DNA of 57,964 nucleotides from a virus. The notes beneath the pieces were generated by a model, which was given only the letters and a program-made list of their open reading frames with translations, searched no databases and had not been told where the DNA came from. Positions 25,431-33,153 of this stretch are shown piece after piece. Where the stretch lies: IMG/VR virus record IMGVR_UViG_3300045988_085825. The stretch is one strand, 5' to 3'. A program made the position numbers and the translations under genes. The first letter of the stretch is position 1; each line of letters begins with the position of its first letter.

Positions 25431-26030
25431 ATGAGTAAAGCATTGGATATGGCAAGGAAACTGGTTAAGAAGCTGGAAGAAGAGGAAAAACAGTCGAAAG
25501 TGCAGCTTTCAACTTTGAATCCGGGAGATGTATTCAAAATTGGAGAGCATGATTTTATTGTACTGACGCAGTACAGAGAGGAAACGGCAGTAATTTCCAA
25601 AGGATTCATGGCTGAAAATGTGAAATTTGATGAGGATTCGAGAAACTATAAAGAGTCAAATCTGAAAAAGGTTATCGAAAATCTGATCCAGCCGGTTATT
25701 GAGAAGGAAGTCGGATCAAAAAACCTTATTGAGCATGAGGTTGATCTGACAAGTGTAGATATGCAGGACGAATTAGGAAGAGATAGATGCAAAGTCAGAC
25801 CTATAACATTTGATGAAGCACGACAGTATAACGATTTACTGGTTAATAAAAACCTTAATGATTGGTGGTGGACATGCACACCTTGGAGCACAGAAGACAG
25901 AGGATGGAAATATTCAATTGCCGTTGTTGCTCCGACCGGCATTATCTACGACAACGATTGCGATTTCAGCCGCGGTGTTCGCCCGTTTTGTATCTTAAAA
26001 TCTAATATCTTTGTATCGAAGGGAGAATGA
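25431..26030 (+). CDS. DGR target protein (DUF6273-like C-type-lectin-fold candidate, recall)
   Basis: 199 aa. The C-terminus WWWTCTPWS...VVAPTGIIYDNDCDFSRGVRPFCI carries the VR. Confidence 0.8.
   Translation: MSKALDMARKLVKKLEEEEKQSKVQLSTLNPGDVFKIGEHDFIVLTQYREETAVISKGFMAENVKFDEDSRNYKESNLKKVIENLIQPVIEKEVGSKNLIEHEVDLTSVDMQDELGRDRCKVRPITFDEARQYNDLLVNKNLNDWWWTCTPWSTEDRGWKYSIAVVAPTGIIYDNDCDFSRGVRPFCILKSNIFVSKGE
25918..25994 (+). repeat. DGR variable repeat (VR)
   Basis: 65/77 identity to 26534..26610. All mismatches but one correspond to adenines in the other copy. Confidence 0.85.
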
Positions 26031-26814
26031 AAATGGGATTAACAATGAAAGCATTGCAGGAACAGATTGATGTGTTAAAAAAGAAATGGAAGAGCTGAGA
26101 AGCGGCCAGAAAGTAGAATGCAACAAGAAATTTTCCAAATTTCTTACTATTGGTGAAACATTTGAACTGGCGGGAGTTAATTGGAAGATTATTGATATCA
26201 CAAGTGACGGTCATGTTTGCCTGTCTGATTCTATAGGTGAAATGAAATTCAGCTCTGAAAACAATGACTGGAGAACCAGCAATCTTCGGAAGTATTTGAA
26301 TGAAGAATTTTTGAAAAAGATTGAATCAGAAATCGGAGCAGGTAATCTGATAGGATTTGAAAGAAATCTTCTTTCTTTGGACGGCCAGACGGAGTACGGA
26401 ACCTGTGATGATAAAGTGTCACTTTTGACAGTGGATGAGTACCGGAAATACAGAAGGCTGATTCCAAATACAGGTGATTGGTTCTGGTTGATTTCTCCGT
26501 GGAGTACACCTTGCAATGATTTCAAAAACAGTGTTACCGTTGTTGCTCCGACCGGCAATATCAACAACAACAATTGCAATAACAGCAACGGTGTTCGCCC
26601 ATTCTGTATCAAACAGATAGTTAGAGTAGGCAGTAAGCCGAAATCAGAAAAAGATACAAAAAAGTGTATGACCTTCCCGAATAGGGTAAATACAAAGGAA
26701 TTTTTACAATGGATAAAGATGTTATATGCAGCTATGAAAATCTGTATAAGGCATACCGGAAGGCTAAAACTGGCAAAGGTTTTAATGGAAGCTGTGCAAA
26801 ATTTCAGACTATGA
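26027..26814 (+). CDS. Paralogue of the DGR target carrying the TR; needs a -1 shift at A AAA AAG
   Basis: The start (ATGA-coupled 26027, or ATG 26033 after GGGAG) opens a 21-23 codon frame. The heptamer AAAAAAG at 26077..26083 leads into the long ORF tracked from 26086. Confidence 0.55.
26534..26610 (+). repeat. DGR template repeat (TR)
   Basis: Adenine-rich, reading G N I N N N N C N N S N G in frame. It lies 98 nt upstream of the RT start. Confidence 0.85.
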
Positions 26815-27734
26815 ATCTGGAAGGACTTCACTTATTGAAAGAACAACTGGAAAATCAGACATACCGGTTGAATCCGTACAACGAATTTAAGGTTTACGAA
26901 CCGAAAGAAAGAGTGATTAAATCGTGTTCTTTCAAAGACAAAATAGTCCAGCATTGTTTATGTGATGAAATTCTGCATCCTGCATTAAAGGATCGTTTTA
27001 TCAGTACGAATTATGCCGGGCAGCAGGGGAAAGGTACTCATTTTGGAATGGATTGCTTGAAAGAGCAAATGATTGATTTTTATGAAGAACATAGACTTGA
27101 TGGCTGGATTCTTAAATGTGACATTAAAAAGTTTTTCTACCAGATAGACCATGAGATCCTAAAAAGAATTGTTGACTATCACTTTCCAGATGAGTACACC
27201 AAATGGTTGAATCACCTGTTTATTGACAGTACAGAAGGTTTGGGGCTTCCACTCGGGAATCAAGTAGCTCAGGTATATGCACTTCTGATGCTAGATGGTA
27301 TGGATCACTTCATTACCGAAACACTTGGAATTTCCAGATATGGAAGATACATGGATGATTTTTACCTGATTTATACAGATAAAGAGTATTTGAAGTTTTG
27401 CTTGGAGCAGATTCGAGATTTTCTTGGAAGTCTGGGACTTGAATTGAATGGAAAGACACAGATTGTCCCATTCAAATGCGGAATAGCATTTACAGGTTTT
27501 CATCACTACGTAACATTGGACGGAAAATACATAAGAAAATTGAGCGGCACAAACAAACGAAAGATGCGTAAGAAAATCAGGAAATGGTCAGAACTGATTA
27601 GGTCCGGGAAAATGACGGAAGAAAAATTTTTTGAGAAGTACAACGCTTGGAAAAACCATGCATTACATGGAAATTGCATTAAATTGTGCCACTCGATGGA
27701 TTTATATGTAAAAGAATTATTGGAGGAAAAGTAA
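26709..27734 (+). CDS. DGR reverse transcriptase
   Basis: 341 aa with a YMDD box (GRYMDDFYLI) and the DGR-type motif LPLGNQVAQVYALLML. Confidence 0.9.
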   Translation: MDKDVICSYENLYKAYRKAKTGKGFNGSCAKFQTMNLEGLHLLKEQLENQTYRLNPYNEFKVYEPKERVIKSCSFKDKIVQHCLCDEILHPALKDRFISTNYAGQQGKGTHFGMDCLKEQMIDFYEEHRLDGWILKCDIKKFFYQIDHEILKRIVDYHFPDEYTKWLNHLFIDSTEGLGLPLGNQVAQVYALLMLDGMDHFITETLGISRYGRYMDDFYLIYTDKEYLKFCLEQIRDFLGSLGLELNGKTQIVPFKCGIAFTGFHHYVTLDGKYIRKLSGTNKRKMRKKIRKWSELIRSGKMTEEKFFEKYNAWKNHALHGNCIKLCHSMDLYVKELLEEK

Positions 27735-27736
27735 TT

Positions 27737-28483
27737 ATGGCAGATACACAGGTAGCAGTAACAGAGGAAAAGAAAGAAGTATCAAGAAATAAAGTGACGG
27801 ATTACAGTCTTGGAATTTTTGGAACGTCAGATAACTTCATTATGGCTATGCAGATGGCAAAAGCATTGTCAAGTTCAACGATAGTGCCACAAACGTTCCA
27901 GAGAAACGAAGCGAATTGTCTGATTGCCATTGAGCAGGCGCAGAGATTACACGTAAGTCCACTTATGGTAATGCAGAATCTCAATGTGATTCAGGGAAGA
28001 CCGTCATGGAGTTCCAAGTTTTTGATTGCTGCGATCAATAACAGCGGAAAATTTGATACAGAATTACAGTTCGAGGAGAAGAAGGACAAGGATGGAAAGC
28101 CATTTTCTTGCACAGCATGGGTAATGAAGAATGGTAGAAAAGTTGAAGGAATGACGGTTGACATGGACATGGCGAGAGCAGAGGGATGGCTTAGCAAAAA
28201 CGGAAGCAAATGGAAAACCATGCCACAGCTGATGCTTCGTTACAGAGCGGCATCTTTTTTTTCCAGTCTTAATTGCCCGGAACTGACAATGGGTCTGTAC
28301 ACAAAAGAAGAGATTATTGACGGTGATTTCAAAGAATACAAGATTGAAGATGTACAGGAGCAGGCTCATGAAGAGATCGTTAAGAATGCAAATTCTATGG
28401 ATTTTGAACCGGAAGAAACTGCTGGAACAGTTACCGAACCGGACGGGCAGCAGGCAATGCCGGAGTTCATGCAGGAGGGATAA
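27737..28483 (+). CDS. recT: RecT-family single-strand annealing protein
   Basis: Start at ATG 27737 after GGAGG. The pattern ANCLIAIEQAQRLHVSPLMVMQNLNVIQGRPSWSSKF is typical of RecT. Confidence 0.85.
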   Translation: MADTQVAVTEEKKEVSRNKVTDYSLGIFGTSDNFIMAMQMAKALSSSTIVPQTFQRNEANCLIAIEQAQRLHVSPLMVMQNLNVIQGRPSWSSKFLIAAINNSGKFDTELQFEEKKDKDGKPFSCTAWVMKNGRKVEGMTVDMDMARAEGWLSKNGSKWKTMPQLMLRYRAASFFSSLNCPELTMGLYTKEEIIDGDFKEYKIEDVQEQAHEEIVKNANSMDFEPEETAGTVTEPDGQQAMPEFMQEG

Positions 28484-28484
28484 G

Positions 28485-28760
28485 ATGAGAGTAATTTCGC
28501 AGGATGGAACGATTGATGTTCCGTATGAAAATTTTGTATTTGGAATAACTTTAGATAATTATATATCGGCGGTTATAAATACAGCAGTAAGACCAACTGA
28601 AGTCGTGAATGGAATTATGGCTAAATATTCATCCAGAGAAAAAGCACTGAAATCCATGGAAATGCTGAGAAAAGCATGGTTAGGAGAAAGTGTAGAGTTT
28701 GAAAACGGATTTTACCATAAAAATTGCGTTTTCCGGTTTCCGGCAGACGATGAGGTGTAA
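28485..28760 (+). CDS. Hypothetical protein
   Basis: 91 aa, with an internal ATG after GGAGGGA. Confidence 0.5.
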   Translation: MRVISQDGTIDVPYENFVFGITLDNYISAVINTAVRPTEVVNGIMAKYSSREKALKSMEMLRKAWLGESVEFENGFYHKNCVFRFPADDEV

Positions 28761-28762
28761 GT

Positions 28763-28972
28763 ATGACTCTTAAAGAACGGGTGATCGTAGAAGCCTACAC
28801 AGGTTACTGTATGACAACAGGCGAGGAAAAAGAAGAACTCTATAAATACATAGCAAATACTATGGGCAGACCGATTTTTTCCCATGAACTTGCAGATGAA
28901 GAAATCATAAGCGAGTTGCATGATAAAGTTAAAACGGATTTTATCAGGCTTTGCAGAGGAGAGGATGTGTAG
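28763..28972 (+). CDS. Hypothetical protein
   Basis: 69 aa, GAGGTG RBS. Confidence 0.5.
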   Translation: MTLKERVIVEAYTGYCMTTGEEKEELYKYIANTMGRPIFSHELADEEIISELHDKVKTDFIRLCRGEDV

Positions 28973-28974
28973 GT

Positions 28975-29289
28975 ATGAGACAGAATCCATGCAGGTATTG
29001 CTCATCGTCAGTGGATATAAAAGGGAAGCATTTCGCAGGTTTTTCGGAAAAATGTTGTGAATGTGATTACAGGAAGCAACACATGGAATATCTGAAAAAG
29101 AATCGGAAATTTGAGGAAGGCGAACCAATAACAAGCCTTGAAGAATTGCTGAAACAGGAATGGGTTATGTGGTATCACAACACAAAGCATATTGAAGTGA
29201 TTAAGCATACTCAACTTTCAACCGTTTTGATATGGCTTGATAAGGGTGCTTTTCACAAGACTATCAGGAAGGAAAGCGAGGTGATGTAA
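28975..29289 (+). CDS. Cys-rich hypothetical protein
   Basis: Start at ATG 28975. Contains CRYC...CCECDY. Confidence 0.5.
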   Translation: MRQNPCRYCSSSVDIKGKHFAGFSEKCCECDYRKQHMEYLKKNRKFEEGEPITSLEELLKQEWVMWYHNTKHIEVIKHTQLSTVLIWLDKGAFHKTIRKESEVM

Positions 29290-30016
29290 TGCTCAAACTG
29301 TTATGTTGCGGAACCGGAAGTTCTGGAAATTCTTATGCGCTTAAAACAGGAACGGAAACACTTCTGCTTGATGCAGGAATGCCGATTAAGGATATTAAGA
29401 GAATGTGCGGATGGAATGTGAGGGACATTTCCGGCTGTGTTGTAACTCATGAGCATGGTTAGGAGACCATAGCAAATCGATGAAAGAATTAGAAGCAATG
29501 GGAATGCCTGTATTTGCTCCGTATAGAGATGATATCGGTGCGAAATTCAAAGGCAGATGGAAAATCAGAGCATTTAATTTGACCGATTTAAACGGCAAAT
29601 GGACTCATACAAACGGTGATGGATCTGAATGCCAGTGTTACGGCTTTTGGATTCAACACCCGGAGATGGGGACAATGATTTACGCAACTGACACAGAGTT
29701 GATTAAGTGGCGGTTCAAAAATGTCAATCACATTCTTCTAGGAGTAAATTATGACCCGGAAGTGGTGTCTGGTGATGACGCAAAGAAAAACCATGTTGTC
29801 CGTGGACACATGAGCATTGATACGGCTTGCGACTTTGTAAAAGCCAATGTGTCAGATCAGTTGCAGAACGTGATTATGTGTCATTTATCAAGTGAAAATG
29901 CCGACAAGGATAGTTTTATAGAGAAAATGAATAGAACCGTTCCAAACGTCAATGTGTGCGTTGCGGAGCCTGGCATGGAATTAAAATTAAGAAATCCGGG
30001 CGAATGCCCGTTTTGA
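29289..30016 (+). pseudogene. MBL-fold metallo-hydrolase split inside the HxHxDH motif
   Basis: The N-fragment ends ...VVTHEHG-TAG at 29462. The next frame continues GDHSKS... The 5 extra nt TAGGA lie at 29460..29464. Confidence 0.7.
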
Positions 30017-30023
30017 GGTGAAA

Positions 30024-30254
30024 ATGGCGAGAACAAAAGGATTAGGTGTAAACCCAATTACAAATACGATCTATTACGGAACGCAGGATACAGAAAAACA
30101 TATGTGGGTAGGAAATAAAACAGATGTCACAGACAGTGCTATTGCAGCTGTGTTTGAATGGCTTATTGGAAATTTTGATGATTCTATGGAAGAATTTACA
30201 ATTACATATCCAAATTCAGAATATGAAATGGTGATTAGAAGAAAGGTGGAATGA
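30024..30254 (+). CDS. Hypothetical protein
   Basis: ATG 30024 after GAGG. 76 aa. Confidence 0.5.
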   Translation: MARTKGLGVNPITNTIYYGTQDTEKHMWVGNKTDVTDSAIAAVFEWLIGNFDDSMEEFTITYPNSEYEMVIRRKVE

Positions 30255-30266
30255 CTTATCAATAAA

Positions 30267-30695
30267 GTGATTTTAACAGGTAGATTCGCGAAAGACCATG
30301 ACGTTAGATACTCAAACGGAGAGAAAACAACTGCTGTTGCGAGATTTACTCTGGCAGTAGACAGGAGATTCAAAGGTGATGGAAATCCGACAGCTGATTT
30401 TATCAACTGTGTAGCGTTCGGAAAATCCGGGGAGTTTATCGAAAAATATTTCCGTAAAGGTATGAAAGCTAATATTTGCGGACGGATTCAGACCGGTTCT
30501 TATACGAATAAGGACGGAAACAAGGTCTACACTACAGATGTTCTGGTGGAAGAGATTGAGTTTGGCGAAAGTAAGAACAGCAATCAGCAGAGCGCAGCTC
30601 CGGCTAATCCAAATAATGCAGTTAATCCAATGACTGATGAAAATGGTTTCATGAACATCCCAGATGGAATTGACGAAGAGTTACCGTTTGCTTGA
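30267..30695 (+). CDS. ssb: Single-stranded DNA-binding protein
   Basis: OB-fold pattern VILTGRFAKDHDVRYS...FINCVAFGK and an acidic tail (DEELPFA). GTG start. Confidence 0.85.
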   Translation: MILTGRFAKDHDVRYSNGEKTTAVARFTLAVDRRFKGDGNPTADFINCVAFGKSGEFIEKYFRKGMKANICGRIQTGSYTNKDGNKVYTTDVLVEEIEFGESKNSNQQSAAPANPNNAVNPMTDENGFMNIPDGIDEELPFA

Positions 30696-30711
30696 TAGAG
30701 AGGGTGAGAAA

Positions 30712-31404
30712 ATGAAAAAATTTGAACTCACAGCAGAATATGTGACTAATATTTTTGGAAAGAAATTATTTAGAATCAAGGCTCTTGTAGAATTTGGAAT
30801 TGTGAAAGAAGGAGAACTCGGAGGATTTGTAGAGAAAGAAAGTAACATTGATGATGACGGCAATGCATGGGTCTCAGGAAATGCACAAGTTTTCGGCAAT
30901 GCAAAGATCTCCGGCAATGCACAAGTCTATGGAAATGCAAAGGTTTTCGGGAATGCATGGGTCTACGGGAATGCATGGATCTCTGGAAATGCACAGGTCT
31001 ATGGAAATGCATGGATCTCTGGAAATGCACAGGTCTATGGAAATGCATATGTCGCTGGAAATGTACAGATATCCGAAAATGCACAGGTCTACGGAAATGC
31101 ATGGATCTCTGGAAATGCACAGGTCTACGGAAATGCATGCGTCGCCGAAAATCTGGATTATGCAATAGTAGGAGGGTTTGGCAGTGAGCAGCAGACAATT
31201 ACATTCTTCTGCCAGAAAGACGGATCTGTGGGAGCCAAATGCGGATTCTTTTACGGAACACTGGAAGAATTTCGAGAAAAAGTACTGGAAACTCATGGGG
31301 AAAGCAAATACGCGCGGGAATACCTGATGATTGCTGATCTGATAGAATTACATTTTGCAGGAGGCTGTGATGGCAATGATAAAGACAACCATTCATGTCT
31401 GTAA
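30712..31404 (+). CDS. Hexapeptide-repeat (beta-helix-like) protein
   Basis: About 16 consecutive GNAxVx/GNAxIS hexads. Start at ATG 30712. Confidence 0.6.
   Translation: MKKFELTAEYVTNIFGKKLFRIKALVEFGIVKEGELGGFVEKESNIDDDGNAWVSGNAQVFGNAKISGNAQVYGNAKVFGNAWVYGNAWISGNAQVYGNAWISGNAQVYGNAYVAGNVQISENAQVYGNAWISGNAQVYGNACVAENLDYAIVGGFGSEQQTITFFCQKDGSVGAKCGFFYGTLEEFREKVLETHGESKYAREYLMIADLIELHFAGGCDGNDKDNHSCL
30859..31152 (+). repeat. Tandem 18/36-bp coding repeats
   Basis: The unit GGAAATGCACAGGTCTATGGAAATGCATGGATCTCT is repeated with variants. All six frames are open here. Confidence 0.8.
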
Positions 31405-31531
31405 AAAGTGCAGATTCAGTGAATGGGGTAACAATGCAAATGTAACATGTGGTTACTACACAACAACTGGTAGCCACAGAAATTGTGAAATTGGCTGGTG
31501 CGACAAGTACCAGCCGAGGAAGAAGAAATGA
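31370..31531 (+). CDS. Small zinc-finger protein (53 aa, not in ORF track)
   Basis: ATG 31370, 5 nt after AGGAGG. Contains CKKC...CGYY...CEIGWC. Confidence 0.4.
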   Translation: MAMIKTTIHVCKKCRFSEWGNNANVTCGYYTTTGSHRNCEIGWCDKYQPRKKK

Positions 31532-31800
31532 AAGTAGTAGACAGATTGACCGAATATGTTGACGAGCGGCATTTCCGGGTTATCGGATCAAAGGTAATCA
31601 GATCCCGGAAGCCACGGATCACGCAGGTTATTGATACGGCTCTGGCAAAGCTGTTTGAGCTGGAGGAAGCCGGAGCGGACTATAAATTTACATATACCAT
31701 TTGCGGTATATGCGACATGGAATACCGGGATCCGGTGAATGCGCCGTTTGAGTATTGCCCGTATTGCGGTCAGAAACGAAAAAGAAAGGAGTCTATGTAA
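31528..31800 (+). CDS. Hypothetical zinc-ribbon protein
   Basis: ATGA-coupled start. The C-terminus has CGIC...CPYCG. Confidence 0.5.
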   Translation: MKVVDRLTEYVDERHFRVIGSKVIRSRKPRITQVIDTALAKLFELEEAGADYKFTYTICGICDMEYRDPVNAPFEYCPYCGQKRKRKESM

Positions 31801-31804
31801 AACA

Positions 31805-31918
31805 ATGGATTTTGAACAAAAAGCAATTGAAAGAATACAGATTGCGTCAGAAATGAGCCTGCATCATTATAATGCTCCATTAATCTGCACCTATTCCGGC
31901 AGCAATGGTCAGAGCTAA
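31805..31918 (+). pseudogene. Remnant of a PAPS-reductase-like (PP-loop) gene
   Basis: A 37-codon ORF, MDFEQKAIERIQIASEMSLHHYNAPLICTYSG..., stops where the SGGKDS PP-loop is expected. About 95 nt of unassigned sequence follows. Confidence 0.45.
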
Positions 31919-32013
31919 TCTGCCAGAGCTTTGTGTGGCGGAGAGAATGCCGAATATGCGGATACAGACAGAACAGACCGGGCAGCTCCGGTTTGCGTAA
32001 GTGAGGTGAAAAG

Positions 32014-32220
32014 ATGGGAAGCATTTTTTATGGCGGAACGCCAATAGAACAGGTTGACTTTGAAAAAGAGTTTGAGAAGGAGCTTCAGCAGCTTACAGAC
32101 AATATCAACCAGTTAAAAGTCAGAAAGTATACAGGGAAAAAGATAGATTACCATTACTGGACTCTGAAATTAAATAAGGCGAACAGAGCACTGGAGATTG
32201 GAACGGTTGTACCTAGTTGA
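32014..32220 (+). CDS. Hypothetical protein
   Basis: 68-aa ORF with a GAGGTG RBS. Confidence 0.45.
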   Translation: MGSIFYGGTPIEQVDFEKEFEKELQQLTDNINQLKVRKYTGKKIDYHYWTLKLNKANRALEIGTVVPS

Positions 32221-32234
32221 TTGGAGCGGAAAAT

Positions 32235-32828
32235 ATGGAGCAGATAACAATAGAGGACTACTTGAAAAACCAGAGAACATCAAAGATGGGTTGTGGTGAG
32301 TGTATCTGCAAGAAGTGCCTATACTGGTGGTCTGGAAGATGTCCACATGGCGGTTGTTATGATAATTTCCGAGCAAAGGATGAGCCGTATAACAAAGCTC
32401 ATCCGGGACTGCCACCGAGGACATTATGGTCTGACTGGAACAAACCGGGAGAACAAGCGCACTGGTGTCGCGGAGGTACATTCTATCCGACCCGTTATTG
32501 TGAACATTATGTGAGATATGAGGGTCAGACAATAGAACCATGTATTCGTGAAAACGTTCAGATTTTCCAGGATGGCTATATGAGATGCAACCTAAAGGAG
32601 CAGATCAGCTGCGAAGCCTGCATTGACGAGGATAGCCACAGAAACATCTACAACTGCCAATATATGACTGACTCCGGATGTGAACGAATGATAACAGCGA
32701 AAAGCCTTATTCTGGATGAAATTGCGGAAGGGCAAGATATTGAGTTGTGTACTGAACAGTGCTGCATTGGATGCACGAAGATATGCGGATATAGATGCGG
32801 ACAAGCATATGCACGTAACTCAACTTAA
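32235..32828 (+). CDS. Cys-rich hypothetical protein
   Basis: 197 aa with more than 20 Cys. Start at ATG 32235. Confidence 0.5.
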   Translation: MEQITIEDYLKNQRTSKMGCGECICKKCLYWWSGRCPHGGCYDNFRAKDEPYNKAHPGLPPRTLWSDWNKPGEQAHWCRGGTFYPTRYCEHYVRYEGQTIEPCIRENVQIFQDGYMRCNLKEQISCEACIDEDSHRNIYNCQYMTDSGCERMITAKSLILDEIAEGQDIELCTEQCCIGCTKICGYRCGQAYARNST

Positions 32829-32863
32829 CTCGAGTTAACTCAATTAACGAGTTAAATTAACTC
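32816..32863. repeat. Cluster of six TTAACTC/GAGTTAA heptamers
   Basis: Four direct copies (32816, 32826, 32836, 32858) and two inverted copies (32832, 32849), including the palindrome AACTCGAGTT. Confidence 0.6.
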
Positions 32864-32886
32864 GGCTGACGAATTGGAGGATGATT

Positions 32887-33153
32887 ATGCCAAATAGGAG
32901 ACTTGTGTATAAATGTGATTGTGAATACTGTGGAAAAAAATTTTGGAGCTTGAGTGAATGCGAAGAACATGAAAAGTCGCATCTCCGAAATTATCAGCAG
33001 GAGGATACGGATGAAATTATCCGGGCATTAAGACATTTGGGAGAAATTGCCTATAGATATCACATGGGACACATGGTTTTTGATATGCCAGTGAGCAATT
33101 TTGAAAGCCTGATGGAAGCAACTGCAAAGAGGTTAGAGGAGGAGAGAAGCTGA
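32887..33153 (+). CDS. C2H2-type zinc-finger protein
   Basis: YKCDCEYCGKKFWSLSECEEHEKSH. Confidence 0.5.
   Translation: MPNRRLVYKCDCEYCGKKFWSLSECEEHEKSHLRNYQQEDTDEIIRALRHLGEIAYRYHMGHMVFDMPVSNFESLMEATAKRLEEERS

Larger units (their letters stand above)
25431..27734 (+). mobile_element. Diversity-generating retroelement cassette (target with VR, TR-bearing paralogue, RT)
   Basis: DGR-type RT plus a 77-bp TR/VR pair in which 11 of 12 mismatches lie at TR adenines. Confidence 0.85.

Noticed and set aside
26211-26831. 206-aa minus-strand ORF across the TR region
   Set aside because: It is antisense to the TR-bearing paralogue and the RT start. It is an open frame by chance in A/T-skewed sequence.
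24888-27734. Search for an Avd accessory gene in the DGR cassette
   Set aside because: No ORF of about 110-130 aa with a basic helical-bundle character lies between the target, the TR and the RT. The only neighbour (24888..25428) has a Cys/His/Trp-rich pattern unlike Avd. Absence is reported rather than forcing a call.
30776-31296. Several 106-140 aa ORFs on both strands within 30.8-31.3 kb
   Set aside because: They are artefacts of the tandem 36-bp repeats, which keep every frame open. Only the frame with an RBS and non-repeat termini (30712..31404) is credible.
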